Below are positions 34,177 through 44,071 of a DNA stretch of 64,000 nucleotides, piece after piece. The translations under genes and the position numbers were made by a program. Source of the stretch: a bacterium (GTDB lineage: Bacteria; UBA8248); assembly GCA_965204535.1 (NCBI GenBank), contig OZ241996.1:96001-160000 (forward strand), read 5' to 3'. Below the pieces are notes generated by a model that was given only the letters and a program-made list of their open reading frames with translations, was not told the origin of the DNA and ran no database searches. How positions within the stretch are numbered: position 1 is the first letter of the stretch; each line of letters opens with the position of its first letter.

Positions 34177-35601
34177 CTAGAACGGCGCATCTGCTTCATC
34201 GGGATAGCCCGGCTCTCCATTTTCCGAGCCTACGGCCGTGCCCTCGTGGAACGAATCCAGACTTACGAATCGCGCGTAATCCGGGAAAAACTTGAGCTCC
34301 AGCTCACCGGTCGGCCCGTTGCGCTGCTTGGCGAGAATGACGGTGGCGAGCCCCTTGTTCTCGGGCTTGGGCTCATAATACTCCTCACGATACAGCAAGG
34401 CCACGACGTCCGCATCCTGCTCGATGGAACCCGACTCACGCAAATCAGCCAGGTTGGGACGCTTGCCCTCTCTCGATTCCACCGCCCTCGAAAGCTGGCT
34501 CAGGGCCACGACGGGAACATCGAGTTCTTTCGCCAAACTCTTGAGTCCACGGGATATTTCGCTGATCTCGCGCTGGCGGTTCTCCATGGAGCGGCCCCTG
34601 TGGTGCACGAGCTGGAGATAGTCGACCACCACGAGGCCGAGACCCTGCTCCGCCTGGATACGGCGGCATTTCGCCCGGATGTCGAACACGGACAAATCCG
34701 TCGCGTCGTCCACGTAAATCGAAGCTTCCGATAGTTCGCCCGCGCTCCGAATCAAATCCGGCCATTTCTGGGAGGGCATGTAGCCGCTTTGAAGCTGTCT
34801 GGAATTCACCATGGCGCGGCCGCACATCATCCGAATCGCCAATGCGCGCGCGCTCATCTCGAGGCTGAATATCGCCGTGGCGGTTTTCGACGCCAAGGCG
34901 GCGTATTCGGCGATGCAAAGCGCGAACGCCGTCTTCCCCATGCTGGGACGACCGGCGATGATGACCAGTTCCCCGGGCTGCAGGCCACTCGTCAGCTTGT
35001 CCAGGTCCGTGAATCCCGTGGGCACGCCGGTCACCAGTTCCTTGCGGTCGTAGAGGTCTTCCAGGTAGGGAAACGTATGTTTGATGATGTCGCGCATTCC
35101 CTCTACGCTTTGCTGGTAACGGCCGGACGAAACCTCCAGCATCGCGCGCTCAGCGTCGTCCACGAGCGTATCGATGTCCTCCTCGCCCGTGAAGGCTCTC
35201 TGGGCGATGGCGTTCGAGGTGTGTATCAGTTCTCTCAGCAATGCCGTGCTTCTGACGAGTTTCGCGTAGGTCTCCGCGCGCCTGGCGCTGGAAACATCGT
35301 CCGCCAGACGCGCGACGTATTCGGGTCCGCCCGCGGTGTCGAGCGTTTTCGCCTTTTTCAGGGCGTCGGCCAAGGTGAGCAGGTCGATGGGTTCGGATTT
35401 CTCGAACAGGGCGAGCATCCCCTCGTAAATCACGCGGTGGCTCATGCGGTAGAAATGCTCGGGCCGCAACACCTCCATGACGGGCGGCACCATCGACCCG
35501 TCGAGCAGCAAGGCGCCCAGAACGCGCTGTTCGGCTTCTATGTTCTGTGGGGGGAGATGGCCCGACTCCGCGGACCGCTCGGGGCGAGCGGGCATTTCCA
35601 C
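34177..35601 (-). CDS. dnaB: Replicative DNA helicase
   Basis: PPQNIEAE, GRPSMGKT, VDYLQL, LRESGSIEQDAD, KQRNGP; no intein. Confidence 0.97.
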   Translation of the reverse strand: MEMPARPERSAESGHLPPQNIEAEQRVLGALLLDGSMVPPVMEVLRPEHFYRMSHRVIYEGMLALFEKSEPIDLLTLADALKKAKTLDTAGGPEYVARLADDVSSARRAETYAKLVRSTALLRELIHTSNAIAQRAFTGEEDIDTLVDDAERAMLEVSSGRYQQSVEGMRDIIKHTFPYLEDLYDRKELVTGVPTGFTDLDKLTSGLQPGELVIIAGRPSMGKTAFALCIAEYAALASKTATAIFSLEMSARALAIRMMCGRAMVNSRQLQSGYMPSQKWPDLIRSAGELSEASIYVDDATDLSVFDIRAKCRRIQAEQGLGLVVVDYLQLVHHRGRSMENRQREISEISRGLKSLAKELDVPVVALSQLSRAVESREGKRPNLADLRESGSIEQDADVVALLYREEYYEPKPENKGLATVILAKQRNGPTGELELKFFPDYARFVSLDSFHEGTAVGSENGEPGYPDEADAPF

Positions 35602-35803
35602 TTTGAAACTCCAATGTCTGCCAAGTGGAAAGATCGGGCGTGGACGTTAGATTACATCAGATGGAGCCAAGATCAAACTACCTGAAAACGCAATCGCCGA
35701 AGCCAAAGGAAATAAGAGGCGCCGGCCTTCAGCTACCCCTTCTATCTCTATGATATCATTCGTCTTGCCACTATCCACCCAAAAACGACCGGCATGCGAA
35801 ACG

Positions 35804-36451
35804 CTATTCGGTCTTTTCTTCCTCTTCTTCTGCGTCCTGGTTTTCTTCCGGCTCATCCTCCGAAACGGCCTCAGCCGCCTCCGCCGTCGCTTCTGCTTCG
35901 GCCTTTACTTCATCCGCAGCCTCAGTGGCTTCTCCCGCCTCGGCGGCGGCTGCCTCTTCCGTCTCGGCAGCAGCTTCTTCCGCTTCGGCCTCGGCCGCCA
36001 GGGACGCTTCATCGGGCATCACCTTCACCTGAACCGACGCTCTCACTTCCTGGTGCAGGCGAATGTCGACGTCATAAGTACCCACTTTTTTAATCGGCTC
36101 GTCCAGAACGATTCTCCTGCGGTTCACTTCGAGGCCCTTCTCCTGCAGGGCGTCCTCGATCATCCGGTTCGTCACCGAGCCGAAAAGCCTGCCGTCCGCG
36201 CCCACGCGCATCGAGAATTCGAGCTCGACGCCGGAGAATTCTCCCGCATAATCCTGCGCGCTGCGTTTCGCCGCCTGGATTTGCGCATCGCGCAGCCGCT
36301 GCTCGTGCTGCGTCGCGCGCACCGTGCTCGCCGTGGCGTGAAGCGCCAGGCCTTTCGGGATGAGGTAGTTGAGCCCGTAGCCGTCGGCTACTTCGACGAC
36401 GTCTCCCACCTCTCCGAGACTCTCTATGTCTTTACGCAATATCAAGCGCAT
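35804..36451 (-). CDS. rplI: 50S ribosomal protein L9 with long acidic tail
   Basis: LGEVGDVVEVADGYGLNYLIP, LFGSVT. Confidence 0.96.
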   Translation of the reverse strand: MRLILRKDIESLGEVGDVVEVADGYGLNYLIPKGLALHATASTVRATQHEQRLRDAQIQAAKRSAQDYAGEFSGVELEFSMRVGADGRLFGSVTNRMIEDALQEKGLEVNRRRIVLDEPIKKVGTYDVDIRLHQEVRASVQVKVMPDEASLAAEAEAEEAAAETEEAAAAEAGEATEAADEVKAEAEATAEAAEAVSEDEPEENQDAEEEEEKTE

Positions 36452-36468
36452 CGTTCAATATCTCCGAC

Positions 36469-36738
36469 TTATGAATGGTCTACGGTGTAGGGCATCAACG
36501 CCATGTAGCGGGCGCGCTTAATCGCCGTCGTCAACTGCCGCTGGAAGCGGGCGGAAGTGCCGGTCACGCGGCGGGGAATGATTTTTCCCCGCTCACTCAC
36601 CATGTTTCGAAGCGTTTTCACGTCCTTGTAGTCGATATACGCCACGCCATCCGCCGAAAAGCGGCATATCTTCTTTCGCTGAAAACGCTTTTTTCTCTTC
36701 CTCTTCTTATCACCGAATCCACGGGGAACAAGCGCCAT
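36469..36738 (-). CDS. rpsR: 30S ribosomal protein S18
   Basis: [30 protein letters not shown]. Confidence 0.98.
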   Translation of the reverse strand: MALVPRGFGDKKRKRKKRFQRKKICRFSADGVAYIDYKDVKTLRNMVSERGKIIPRRVTGTSARFQRQLTTAIKRARYMALMPYTVDHS

Positions 36739-36773
36739 ATCTATCTCCTAAAACGAATCGACAAGTTTCGATA

Positions 36774-37196
36774 TCAAAATGGGATGTCATCGTCCGTCAT
36801 GGGCGATTCCTGCGGCGGCGGCGTGTAGGATTCCGTGCTCCTCGACCCGCCGCCTCCCGTCGTCTCGCCCCGGGTGGTCAGGAAATGGACGTTTTGCGCC
36901 ACCACCTCGTGCTTGCTGCGCCTCGAGCCGTCCTGCGCTTCCCAGGAGCGGAAGCTCAGACGCCCTTCCACCACGAGCGGGCTGCCCTTTCCCGTCTGCT
37001 CCATCACCCAGTCGCCCTGGCGTCCATAGACGACCACATCCACGAAGCAGGTGTCCTCTTTCCACTCGTCCCCGCTGCGGTATCGCCGATTGACCGCGAA
37101 CCCGAAAGAAACCACGGAATTCCCGGAAGGCAGAAACCGTTTTTCCGGATCGCGGGTCATGTTGCCGCGAAGGTACACAGAATTCATTTGAGCCAT
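36774..37196 (-). CDS. ssb: Single-stranded DNA-binding protein
   Basis: OB fold GNMTRDPE..VEGRL; C-terminal DDIPF. Confidence 0.96.
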   Translation of the reverse strand: MAQMNSVYLRGNMTRDPEKRFLPSGNSVVSFGFAVNRRYRSGDEWKEDTCFVDVVVYGRQGDWVMEQTGKGSPLVVEGRLSFRSWEAQDGSRRSKHEVVAQNVHFLTTRGETTGGGGSRSTESYTPPPQESPMTDDDIPF

Positions 37197-37213
37197 AACA
37201 ATACCCCTGCCAT

Positions 37214-37624
37214 TTACGAGTCGCCCGACGAGGCGGGCGCGGGCCGGCGTGGAGAATCCCCATCACCGCCCTCAGAAGCGCTTTCTCGTTCCCTGGCGGC
37301 CGCGCTTTTTGCGTTTTTCTCGAGTTTTCTCAGGAGCACCTCATCCATTCGCACCGTCATATAACGCCACGTCTCTTCATTGATGCGCATATCGCGCTCG
37401 ATGTCCGCCACCACTTCGGGTTCTGAATGATACGTGACGATGAAATAGATGCCGTGCCGCTGGCGCTGGATGGGATAGGCGAGGCGCTTCTTGCCCCACC
37501 GGTCTACGTTCAGAATTTCTCCGCCCCCCTCGGTCACCTTTTTCTCGAAACCGGAAATCTTCTCCTCCACGGTTTCATCGGTGAGTTCGGGGGACAGCAA
37601 AACCATCGTTTCGTACTGTCTCAT
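37214..37624 (-). CDS. rpsF: 30S ribosomal protein S6
   Basis: MRQYETM..WGKKRLAYPI; GGAGG RBS before ATG 37624. Confidence 0.96.
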   Translation of the reverse strand: MRQYETMVLLSPELTDETVEEKISGFEKKVTEGGGEILNVDRWGKKRLAYPIQRQRHGIYFIVTYHSEPEVVADIERDMRINEETWRYMTVRMDEVLLRKLEKNAKSAAARERESASEGGDGDSPRRPAPASSGDS

Positions 37625-37680
37625 CTCGTCCTCCTCCCGGACTGAGCGGCCCCGGCCTGTGTCGACCGGAGCGAGGAGCC
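37625..37680 (-). ncRNA. S6:S18 ribosomal protein leader (cis-regulatory RNA)
   Basis: Minus strand CTCCTCGCTCCGG-loop-CCGGGGCCGCTCAGTCCGGGAGGAGG: anti-SD stem, inner hairpin and unpaired CCG before the SD; TATATT -10 just upstream (37684-37689). Confidence 0.75.
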
Positions 37681-37781
37681 AATAATATAGCCGAAGGTTA
37701 GCACACATGCCCCCGGCGGGCCATAGCGGCTCCGACAAGGAGCCGCGAAAACGCTGCCTTGGTTCCAGACCCTCGTTTTCG

Positions 37782-39779
37782 CTAGAAAAGCGGCGCCAAC
37801 ACGAGGGAGACGATGGACATCAACTTGATCAGGATGTTCATCGAGGGGCCCGAGGTGTCCTTCATCGGGTCTCCCACCGTATCGCCCACGACCGCCGCCT
37901 TGTGGGCCTCGGAGCCCTTGCCGCCGAGTTTGCCGTCTTCTATCTCTTTTTTCGCATTGTCCCAGGCGCCGCCCGCGTTCGCCATCAGCAAGGCGACGAG
38001 AACGCCCGAGAGCAGCGCGCCGGCCAGCATGCCGCCAAGCGCCTCTTTGCCCATCAGATACCCCACCACGATGGGCGCGACCACGGCCACAACGCCGGGG
38101 AGGACCATCTCCTTGAGAGCGGCCTGGGTGCTGATGTCGACGCAGCGCGCGCTGTCGGGGTCCGCCGTTCCCTCCATGATGCCGGGAATCTCGCGGAACT
38201 GACGCCTGATCTCCTGGATCATGATGAAGGCGGCCTTGCCGACGGATTTCATGGTGAGCGCTCCGATGAGGAACGGTATCGCCCCGCCGATGAACATGCC
38301 GGCCACCACCTTCGCCTCTGTGAGGTTGATTTGCTGCAGATCGGCCGCTTTCGTGTATGCGGCGTAAAACGCCAGCGCCGTCAGGGCGGCGGAGCCGATG
38401 GCGAATCCCTTGCCGATGGCCGCCGTGGTGTTGCCCAGCGCGTCGAGGCCGTCGGTGATCTTCCGCGTCTCCGGCCCCAACTCGCTCATTTCCGTGATTC
38501 CGCCCGCGTTATCTGCAATCGGGCCATACGCGTCGACCGACATCGTGATGCCGATCGTCGCCAGCATTCCCACGGCGGCGATAGAGATGCCGTAGAGCCC
38601 CGCCCAGCCGTTCGAGACCAGGGTAATCACCGCCAACACGAGCAGGGGAGCGCACACGCTCTCGAGACCCACGGCGAAGCCGCCGATGATGTTCGTCGCC
38701 ACTCCGGTCTCGGATGCGGCGACGATTTCGCCGACGGGCTTTCCGCCCGTTCCGGTGTAATACTCGGTGAGCCAGCCGATGAGGACGCCGCCGGCGGCGC
38801 CGAAGAGAACCGAGCCGAACACGCCGTTATTCAGGCCCAGCGTGCTGGTGACGAAAAAAGCCAAAATGATGAATATGACCGTCGCGATTCCGGTGGCGCT
38901 CCTGAGGGCGACGGCCGGGTTTTTCGAGGCCAGCACCTTCATCGAGGCGATGCCTATCGAGGAAGCGATGAGACCCATCATGGCGAGCAGCAGGGGCAGC
39001 GCCATCGCCGCCGCGCTGTTCGCGCCCAGGGAAACGCCGATGGTCGAGCCGATGAATATCGTCGAAATAATGGCGCCGACGTAGGATTCGAACAGGTCGG
39101 CGCCCATGCCGGCGACGTCTCCTACGCAGTCGCCCACGTTATCGGCGATGACGGCGGGATTCCTCGGATCGTCCTCTGGAATGTTCGCCTCCACCTTGCC
39201 AACGAGGTCCGCGCCCACATCCGCCGTTTTCGTGAAAATACCGCCGCCCACACGCGCAAACAGCGCGATGGAACTCGCCCCCATCGAGAAGCCGCTGATG
39301 ATGGTCACGTTCGTCGCGTTCCCCAGCACGTCGAAATACCAGAACAACACGCCTACGCCCAGAAGACCCAGGCTCGCGACGGAAAGACCCATGACGGTTC
39401 CGCCGAAGAACGCCATGGAGAGAGCGCCCGCCTGGCCGGCTCCTGAATTCGCCGCCGCCGCCGTTCTCACGTTCGCCTTCGTCGCCGAGTTCATGCCGAA
39501 AAACCCGGCGAGAACCGAGCAGATGGCGCCGACGATGAAGGCGATACCCGTTTTCGCGGATATGGCGACGCTCAGAAGAACGAACACGACCACGACGAAA
39601 ATCGCGAGAATCTTGTATTCCCTTTTCAGGAACACCATTGCCCCTTCGTGAATCTGGCCGGCGAGTTTCCGCATCAACTCGTTGCCGTCGGATTGTTTGG
39701 AAATCCAGGCGTAAATCGCCCCCGCCAGTACCAACCCCGCAATCCCGAAGATTGCGGCCATATTTGAGAAAGCAACCAT
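37782..39779 (-). CDS. hppA: Membrane pyrophosphatase, K+-dependent, probably Na+-translocating
   Basis: [28 protein letters not shown] (Ala form), [14 protein letters not shown]. Confidence 0.95.
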   Translation of the reverse strand: MVAFSNMAAIFGIAGLVLAGAIYAWISKQSDGNELMRKLAGQIHEGAMVFLKREYKILAIFVVVVFVLLSVAISAKTGIAFIVGAICSVLAGFFGMNSATKANVRTAAAANSGAGQAGALSMAFFGGTVMGLSVASLGLLGVGVLFWYFDVLGNATNVTIISGFSMGASSIALFARVGGGIFTKTADVGADLVGKVEANIPEDDPRNPAVIADNVGDCVGDVAGMGADLFESYVGAIISTIFIGSTIGVSLGANSAAAMALPLLLAMMGLIASSIGIASMKVLASKNPAVALRSATGIATVIFIILAFFVTSTLGLNNGVFGSVLFGAAGGVLIGWLTEYYTGTGGKPVGEIVAASETGVATNIIGGFAVGLESVCAPLLVLAVITLVSNGWAGLYGISIAAVGMLATIGITMSVDAYGPIADNAGGITEMSELGPETRKITDGLDALGNTTAAIGKGFAIGSAALTALAFYAAYTKAADLQQINLTEAKVVAGMFIGGAIPFLIGALTMKSVGKAAFIMIQEIRRQFREIPGIMEGTADPDSARCVDISTQAALKEMVLPGVVAVVAPIVVGYLMGKEALGGMLAGALLSGVLVALLMANAGGAWDNAKKEIEDGKLGGKGSEAHKAAVVGDTVGDPMKDTSGPSMNILIKLMSIVSLVLAPLF

Positions 39780-39860
39780 TATCTCCCTTTCCTCCTCCTC
39801 ACGGGCTGTTTAGCGAGAGGTATTAAGATGGACTTTCATCTTGCAATGAAAAAGGCGGAT

Positions 39861-40406
39861 TCAAGGTCTATGGCCGACAACGAAATCAAATGCCCGGCGC
39901 ACCGCCTCATCAACAGCCGGTTCCACTGCTTCGAGTTCATGATCGAGAAAAGTATCCAACAACCAATCCGCGCCGTCCGCTCCATTCGGCGGTCTGCCCA
40001 CCCCGATGCGCAGACGGGAAAACATATCCGTCCCCAATGAGTGGATGATGCTGCCGACCCCGTGGTGGCCCGCGTCTCCACCCGATTTCTTGAATTTCAC
40101 ACGACCCAGCTCGATATCCATGTCGTCGTGCATGACGAGTAAATCTTCAGGCTCCAGTCCTTCTCCGAGCAGGAGCGCCCTCACGGCCTTGCCGCTTAAA
40201 TTCATGAACGTCTGAGGCTTCGCGAGTATGAATTTCCATCCCCTGAGCGACCCACCGCCCAGGACGGAATGGTATTTCGAATCATTCATCGAAACGCGAT
40301 GGGCGCGGGCCATCCTGTCCACCGCCCAGAAACCCAGATTGTGCCTCGTCAACGCGTACTCTATTCCGGGGTTGCCGAGACCGACGATCAAGACAGCAGC
40401 AGCCAT
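39861..40406 (-). CDS. pth: Peptidyl-tRNA hydrolase
   Basis: VGLGNPG..TRHNLG, KPQTFMNLSG, HDDMD, RLRIGVGRP. Confidence 0.97.
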   Translation of the reverse strand: MAAAVLIVGLGNPGIEYALTRHNLGFWAVDRMARAHRVSMNDSKYHSVLGGGSLRGWKFILAKPQTFMNLSGKAVRALLLGEGLEPEDLLVMHDDMDIELGRVKFKKSGGDAGHHGVGSIIHSLGTDMFSRLRIGVGRPPNGADGADWLLDTFLDHELEAVEPAVDEAVRRAFDFVVGHRP

Positions 40407-40448
40407 TCACACCCCAGTCTCAGTACTGCCGGCTTCCCGCACGAACCA

Positions 40449-41126
40449 TCAGTCGGAAGACTCGGCCGCTTCGTCCCCCTCATCGTCAGAAGCTTCGGCC
40501 TCCGCCCCTTCTTCTCCTTCGCCTTCGCCGACAAGCAATTCATCCTCGACCTCTTCTTCCTCTTCCTCGACGGGAACCATAATCGTAAAGACGGGATCAT
40601 CGGGGTCAGCCACCAGTTCCACGCCTTCGGGAAGCTGAAGATCGCGCACGTGAATCACATCACCGATTTCCACCTCCGAAATGTCGACCTCGACATGCTC
40701 CGGAATGGCGTTCGGCAGGCAGGATATCTCCAGTTCACGCAGCAATTGAGAGAGCGTGCCGCCCATTTTCTCCCCGGGCGCCTCGCCTGCCAGAGAGAGG
40801 GGCACGGCGATCTCGATTTTCTCGTCCATCCGGATTTCCAGAAAATCCGCATGCAAAATCGTGCCCCTCATCGGGTCGCGCTGAAGCTCCTTTACGATAA
40901 CCGGACGCTCCGAAGCGGCGTCGCCCTCGACGTTGAGCTGGAAAACGACGTTGCTGCCGGCCCTCGTGCCGAGCAAGGCCTCCAGCTCCTTGGGCTTGAT
41001 GGTCAAGGGCGTGGAATCCTGAATTCCGTACACGACGCCCGGTATGTTGCCGGCATTTCTCACTGCACGGGCGCCGCTCTTTCCTGTTTGCGTTCTCTTA
41101 TCCACCGAGAGAGATAAATTTTCCAT
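40449..41126 (-). CDS. rplY: 50S ribosomal protein L25/Ctc
   Basis: IPGVVYG, HADF, Ctc beta domain, acidic tail. Confidence 0.96.
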   Translation of the reverse strand: MENLSLSVDKRTQTGKSGARAVRNAGNIPGVVYGIQDSTPLTIKPKELEALLGTRAGSNVVFQLNVEGDAASERPVIVKELQRDPMRGTILHADFLEIRMDEKIEIAVPLSLAGEAPGEKMGGTLSQLLRELEISCLPNAIPEHVEVDISEVEIGDVIHVRDLQLPEGVELVADPDDPVFTIMVPVEEEEEEVEDELLVGEGEGEEGAEAEASDDEGDEAAESSD

Positions 41127-41162
41127 TTTTTACTCCAGATATGCCTCCGACGTTCCAGCCGA

Positions 41163-42107
41163 TCATTCAAACAAACTGCTGACGGACGCATTCTCGTGAA
41201 TGCGGCGAATCGCCTCGGCCAAAAGCCTCCCCACCTCCAGCACCTGGATGCGAGTGCAGCCTTTCGCCTCATCCGAAAGCGGTATCGAATCGCTCACGAC
41301 AAACTCGACGATGCTTGAATTCTCGATTCTCTCTACCGCCGGACCCGAGAGAACCGCATGTGTGCAACATGCGTATACCTGGCGCGCACCTGCTTCCATG
41401 AGCGCATCTGCACCCTGGCTCATGGTGCCCGCCGTATCGCAAAGATCATCCACGACCAGAACGTCGCATCCTTTCACGTCGCCGATGATGTGCATGACTT
41501 CCGAGTGGTTCGCCCGCTCGCGCCGCTTGTCGATGATGCCCAGACTCGCGTTCAGCCTCTTCGCGTAGTCGCGGGCTCTTTCCACGCCTCCGGCGTCGGG
41601 CGAGACAACCACGAGATCTTTCAGGTCTTTCTTCTTGAAATACTCTATCATGATAGGCGCCGAATACAGATGGTCCACGGGAATGTCGAAAAACCCCTGT
41701 ATCTGGCCCGCATGCAAATCCATGGCGATAACACGATCCGCGCCCGAGGCGGCCAGGAGGTTGGCGACGAGCTTCGCGGTAATCGGCACCCTCGGCTGCA
41801 CCTTACGATCCTGACGCGCGTATGCGAAATATGGAATCACCGCCGTGATGCGCTCGGCCGACGAACGCCTGAACGCATCAAGCATGATGAGCATTTCCAT
41901 CAGGTTCGCATTCCCGGGGGTGCAAAGGCTCTGCACGACGAATACGTCCGCGCCCCGGATGTTCTCGTGTATCCGCACGAAGGTTTCGCCATCGCTGAAA
42001 TCGATGATTTCAAGCGAGCCGGGCTTGATGTACAAAGCTTCGAAAATGCTCTGGTTCAGTGCCGGATTCGAGCGCCCGCCAAATACCTTTAATTGGTGTC
42101 CGTTCAC
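41163..42107 (-). CDS. prs: Ribose-phosphate pyrophosphokinase
   Basis: FSDGE, YARQDRK, DLHAGQIQGFF, VSPDAGGVERAR, VDDLCDTAGT. Confidence 0.98.
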   Translation of the reverse strand: MNGHQLKVFGGRSNPALNQSIFEALYIKPGSLEIIDFSDGETFVRIHENIRGADVFVVQSLCTPGNANLMEMLIMLDAFRRSSAERITAVIPYFAYARQDRKVQPRVPITAKLVANLLAASGADRVIAMDLHAGQIQGFFDIPVDHLYSAPIMIEYFKKKDLKDLVVVSPDAGGVERARDYAKRLNASLGIIDKRRERANHSEVMHIIGDVKGCDVLVVDDLCDTAGTMSQGADALMEAGARQVYACCTHAVLSGPAVERIENSSIVEFVVSDSIPLSDEAKGCTRIQVLEVGRLLAEAIRRIHENASVSSLFE

Positions 42108-42250
42108 CGTACCTGCTCACATAGTATTGTTCATGCAATCACAAAGGGCGATTTTTGATACTTGATTTTCCGGGCGGAGGCAAGTGGTGAGAGGCGAAAT
42201 TCTCTCCATTTCCCCATTTTTCAGAAATTTTGCCTCACTTTTCGATTTTT

Positions 42251-43138
42251 TCAAGGAAAACACACCTCCTGGAGTGGCGTCGTGAGAAAACATTCACATT
42301 TTTTCCCCTTTTCACTCTCCTGGATGCGGATTGCCGCTCGCTCGGCCTCCCGTTTGCGGCGAAAAAAACCGAAAACCGCCGAACCACTGCCGCTCATCAT
42401 GGCCCTCACGGCGCCCTGGCGAACGAGCACGGCGCACAGGCGCTCAAGCTCCGGGAATCTTGGAAAAACGATTCCCTCCAAATCATTGCCGTATTCATAC
42501 CTCCCGAGGCGCGCCGGGCCGTTTGTTTCGTCGAAATCTCGCCCCGCCCGGCCCAGTCTCTCGCGGGACCAGCCATAGACTTCGTGCGTGGACAGAGCCA
42601 CGGGCGGCTTGACCAATAGAAACCAGCCGCTCCTCAGGGCTTCTTTCGCCTCGACCCGCTCGCCCCGCCCCCGGCACACCGCCGCCGGGCCACCCAGAAA
42701 AAACGGAACGTCCGAACCGACCTGCGCGGCTACCTCGCAAAGCTCCGCCTGGCCCATCCCGAGATTCCAGACCCGGTTCAGCGCCCAGAGCGCGCCCGCC
42801 GCGTTGCCGCTCCCCCCGCCCAGGCCCGCGCCCGCAGGGATGTTCTTTTTCAGAGAAATACGCGCTCCGAGCGTTTTTCGGCCCGATGCCGCTCTCAAGG
42901 CCCTCGCTGCGCGATGCACGATGTTCTCTCCCCCGCCCGGAACGTCATCCCGGTCCGCATACACGAGAATCCTCTCCCCGCCCGGCTCGACGCGAACCTC
43001 GTCATACAGCGATACCTGCTGCATCCATGTGACGATTTCGTGATAGCCGTCGGCGCGCAGACCCAAAATCTTGAGACACAGGTTGAGCTTTGCAGGCGTC
43101 TTCAAAACCAGGGGTGCGGAAACGTCTTTGCGGCTCAT
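42251..43138 (-). CDS. ispE: 4-diphosphocytidyl-2-C-methyl-D-erythritol kinase
   Basis: PAKLNL, DGYHEI, PAGAGLGGGSGNAA, GSDVPFF, MSGSGS. Confidence 0.96.
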   Translation of the reverse strand: MSRKDVSAPLVLKTPAKLNLCLKILGLRADGYHEIVTWMQQVSLYDEVRVEPGGERILVYADRDDVPGGGENIVHRAARALRAASGRKTLGARISLKKNIPAGAGLGGGSGNAAGALWALNRVWNLGMGQAELCEVAAQVGSDVPFFLGGPAAVCRGRGERVEAKEALRSGWFLLVKPPVALSTHEVYGWSRERLGRAGRDFDETNGPARLGRYEYGNDLEGIVFPRFPELERLCAVLVRQGAVRAMMSGSGSAVFGFFRRKREAERAAIRIQESEKGKKCECFLTTPLQEVCFP

Positions 43139-43146
43139 GAAACCGG

Positions 43147-43986
43147 CTATCCTCCCAGCCACAGCGTTCTGGCGCCTCGCGGCGGCTCGAGCCGAAACAA
43201 ATCGTCGGGAAGCGCCGTATCCACCGCCCCCTCATCGGCGGGATAGGAGATGCGGAGCCTGTTCTTCCCGCCGGGGGCCAGAATCTCCACCTCCGATGGA
43301 CGCCACACTTTCCCGGTTTTGATAAACCCGCCGTAACGAACCGCAATCGCTCCCCGCCGCGTGCGAATTTCCATTTTCACCGCATGGAAATCCCGAGGCT
43401 CCAATTCGACCAGACCTGAAACTACTCCTCCGGCTCCACTCTTCATCTCGAGCGCATAGACGGAACCCCTCTTTTTCAAAGCGAGATTTTCCTCGCCCCC
43501 CAGCACGACTGCCCAGTCCCCCAGCAAGAGCTTGATGAAAATTTCGCTGTTCAGCGGGATTCCCAGCATCCCCTCGATCCCCTGCCTGTCCGTTCTGCCC
43601 ATGTATACCGTGTTCCGCGAGGGGGAATAGGCGCGAAACGAGGCGCCTCGCGCGACGACGACCACCAGCGGCGTGCCGAACGGAGACAGAGGCTCTATCC
43701 GCAGCGAGTCCGGTTTCCTCAGAACCAGGGCCGCGTGGCCGGCGAACGAACCTTGTGGAACCAGGGGGTTCTCGCGTCTCGCCTTCGAGCGCTCGCCGTG
43801 ATAGCGCAACTGCATGTATACGGCGCCACGATACGCGCGAGGGTATCGTCTTGCTTTGAGTCTGGCGAATATTTCCGCGCGCGACGCATCACGGGGCGGG
43901 ACCTCCGCGACTTGACCGGATTGGAGGAGTGCGCAACCGGCCAGGGCGCAAAACGACACTGCCAGACAAAAACGCAAGGTACGCAA
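43147..43986 (-). CDS. Lipoprotein, putative LolA/LolB-like fold
   Basis: Lipobox LAGC; PDSLRIEPLSPFG and PDDLFRLEPP resemble Lol-fold proteins; occupies the lolB position before ispE. Confidence 0.6.
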   Translation of the reverse strand: MRTLRFCLAVSFCALAGCALLQSGQVAEVPPRDASRAEIFARLKARRYPRAYRGAVYMQLRYHGERSKARRENPLVPQGSFAGHAALVLRKPDSLRIEPLSPFGTPLVVVVARGASFRAYSPSRNTVYMGRTDRQGIEGMLGIPLNSEIFIKLLLGDWAVVLGGEENLALKKRGSVYALEMKSGAGGVVSGLVELEPRDFHAVKMEIRTRRGAIAVRYGGFIKTGKVWRPSEVEILAPGGKNRLRISYPADEGAVDTALPDDLFRLEPPRGARTLWLGG

Positions 43987-44071
43987 GAATCAAATGTCCC
44001 TGGTGAGAGAAGTCGAGATAATCCGGGCGGGAGCCAGCGGGCGCGCCAAATGCGCCAACGATCGAATTGCC

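Noticed and set aside
35820-36000. Repetitive GCCTC/GCAGC-rich DNA
   Set aside because: Encodes the low-complexity Ala/Glu tail of L9; not a regular array or CRISPR
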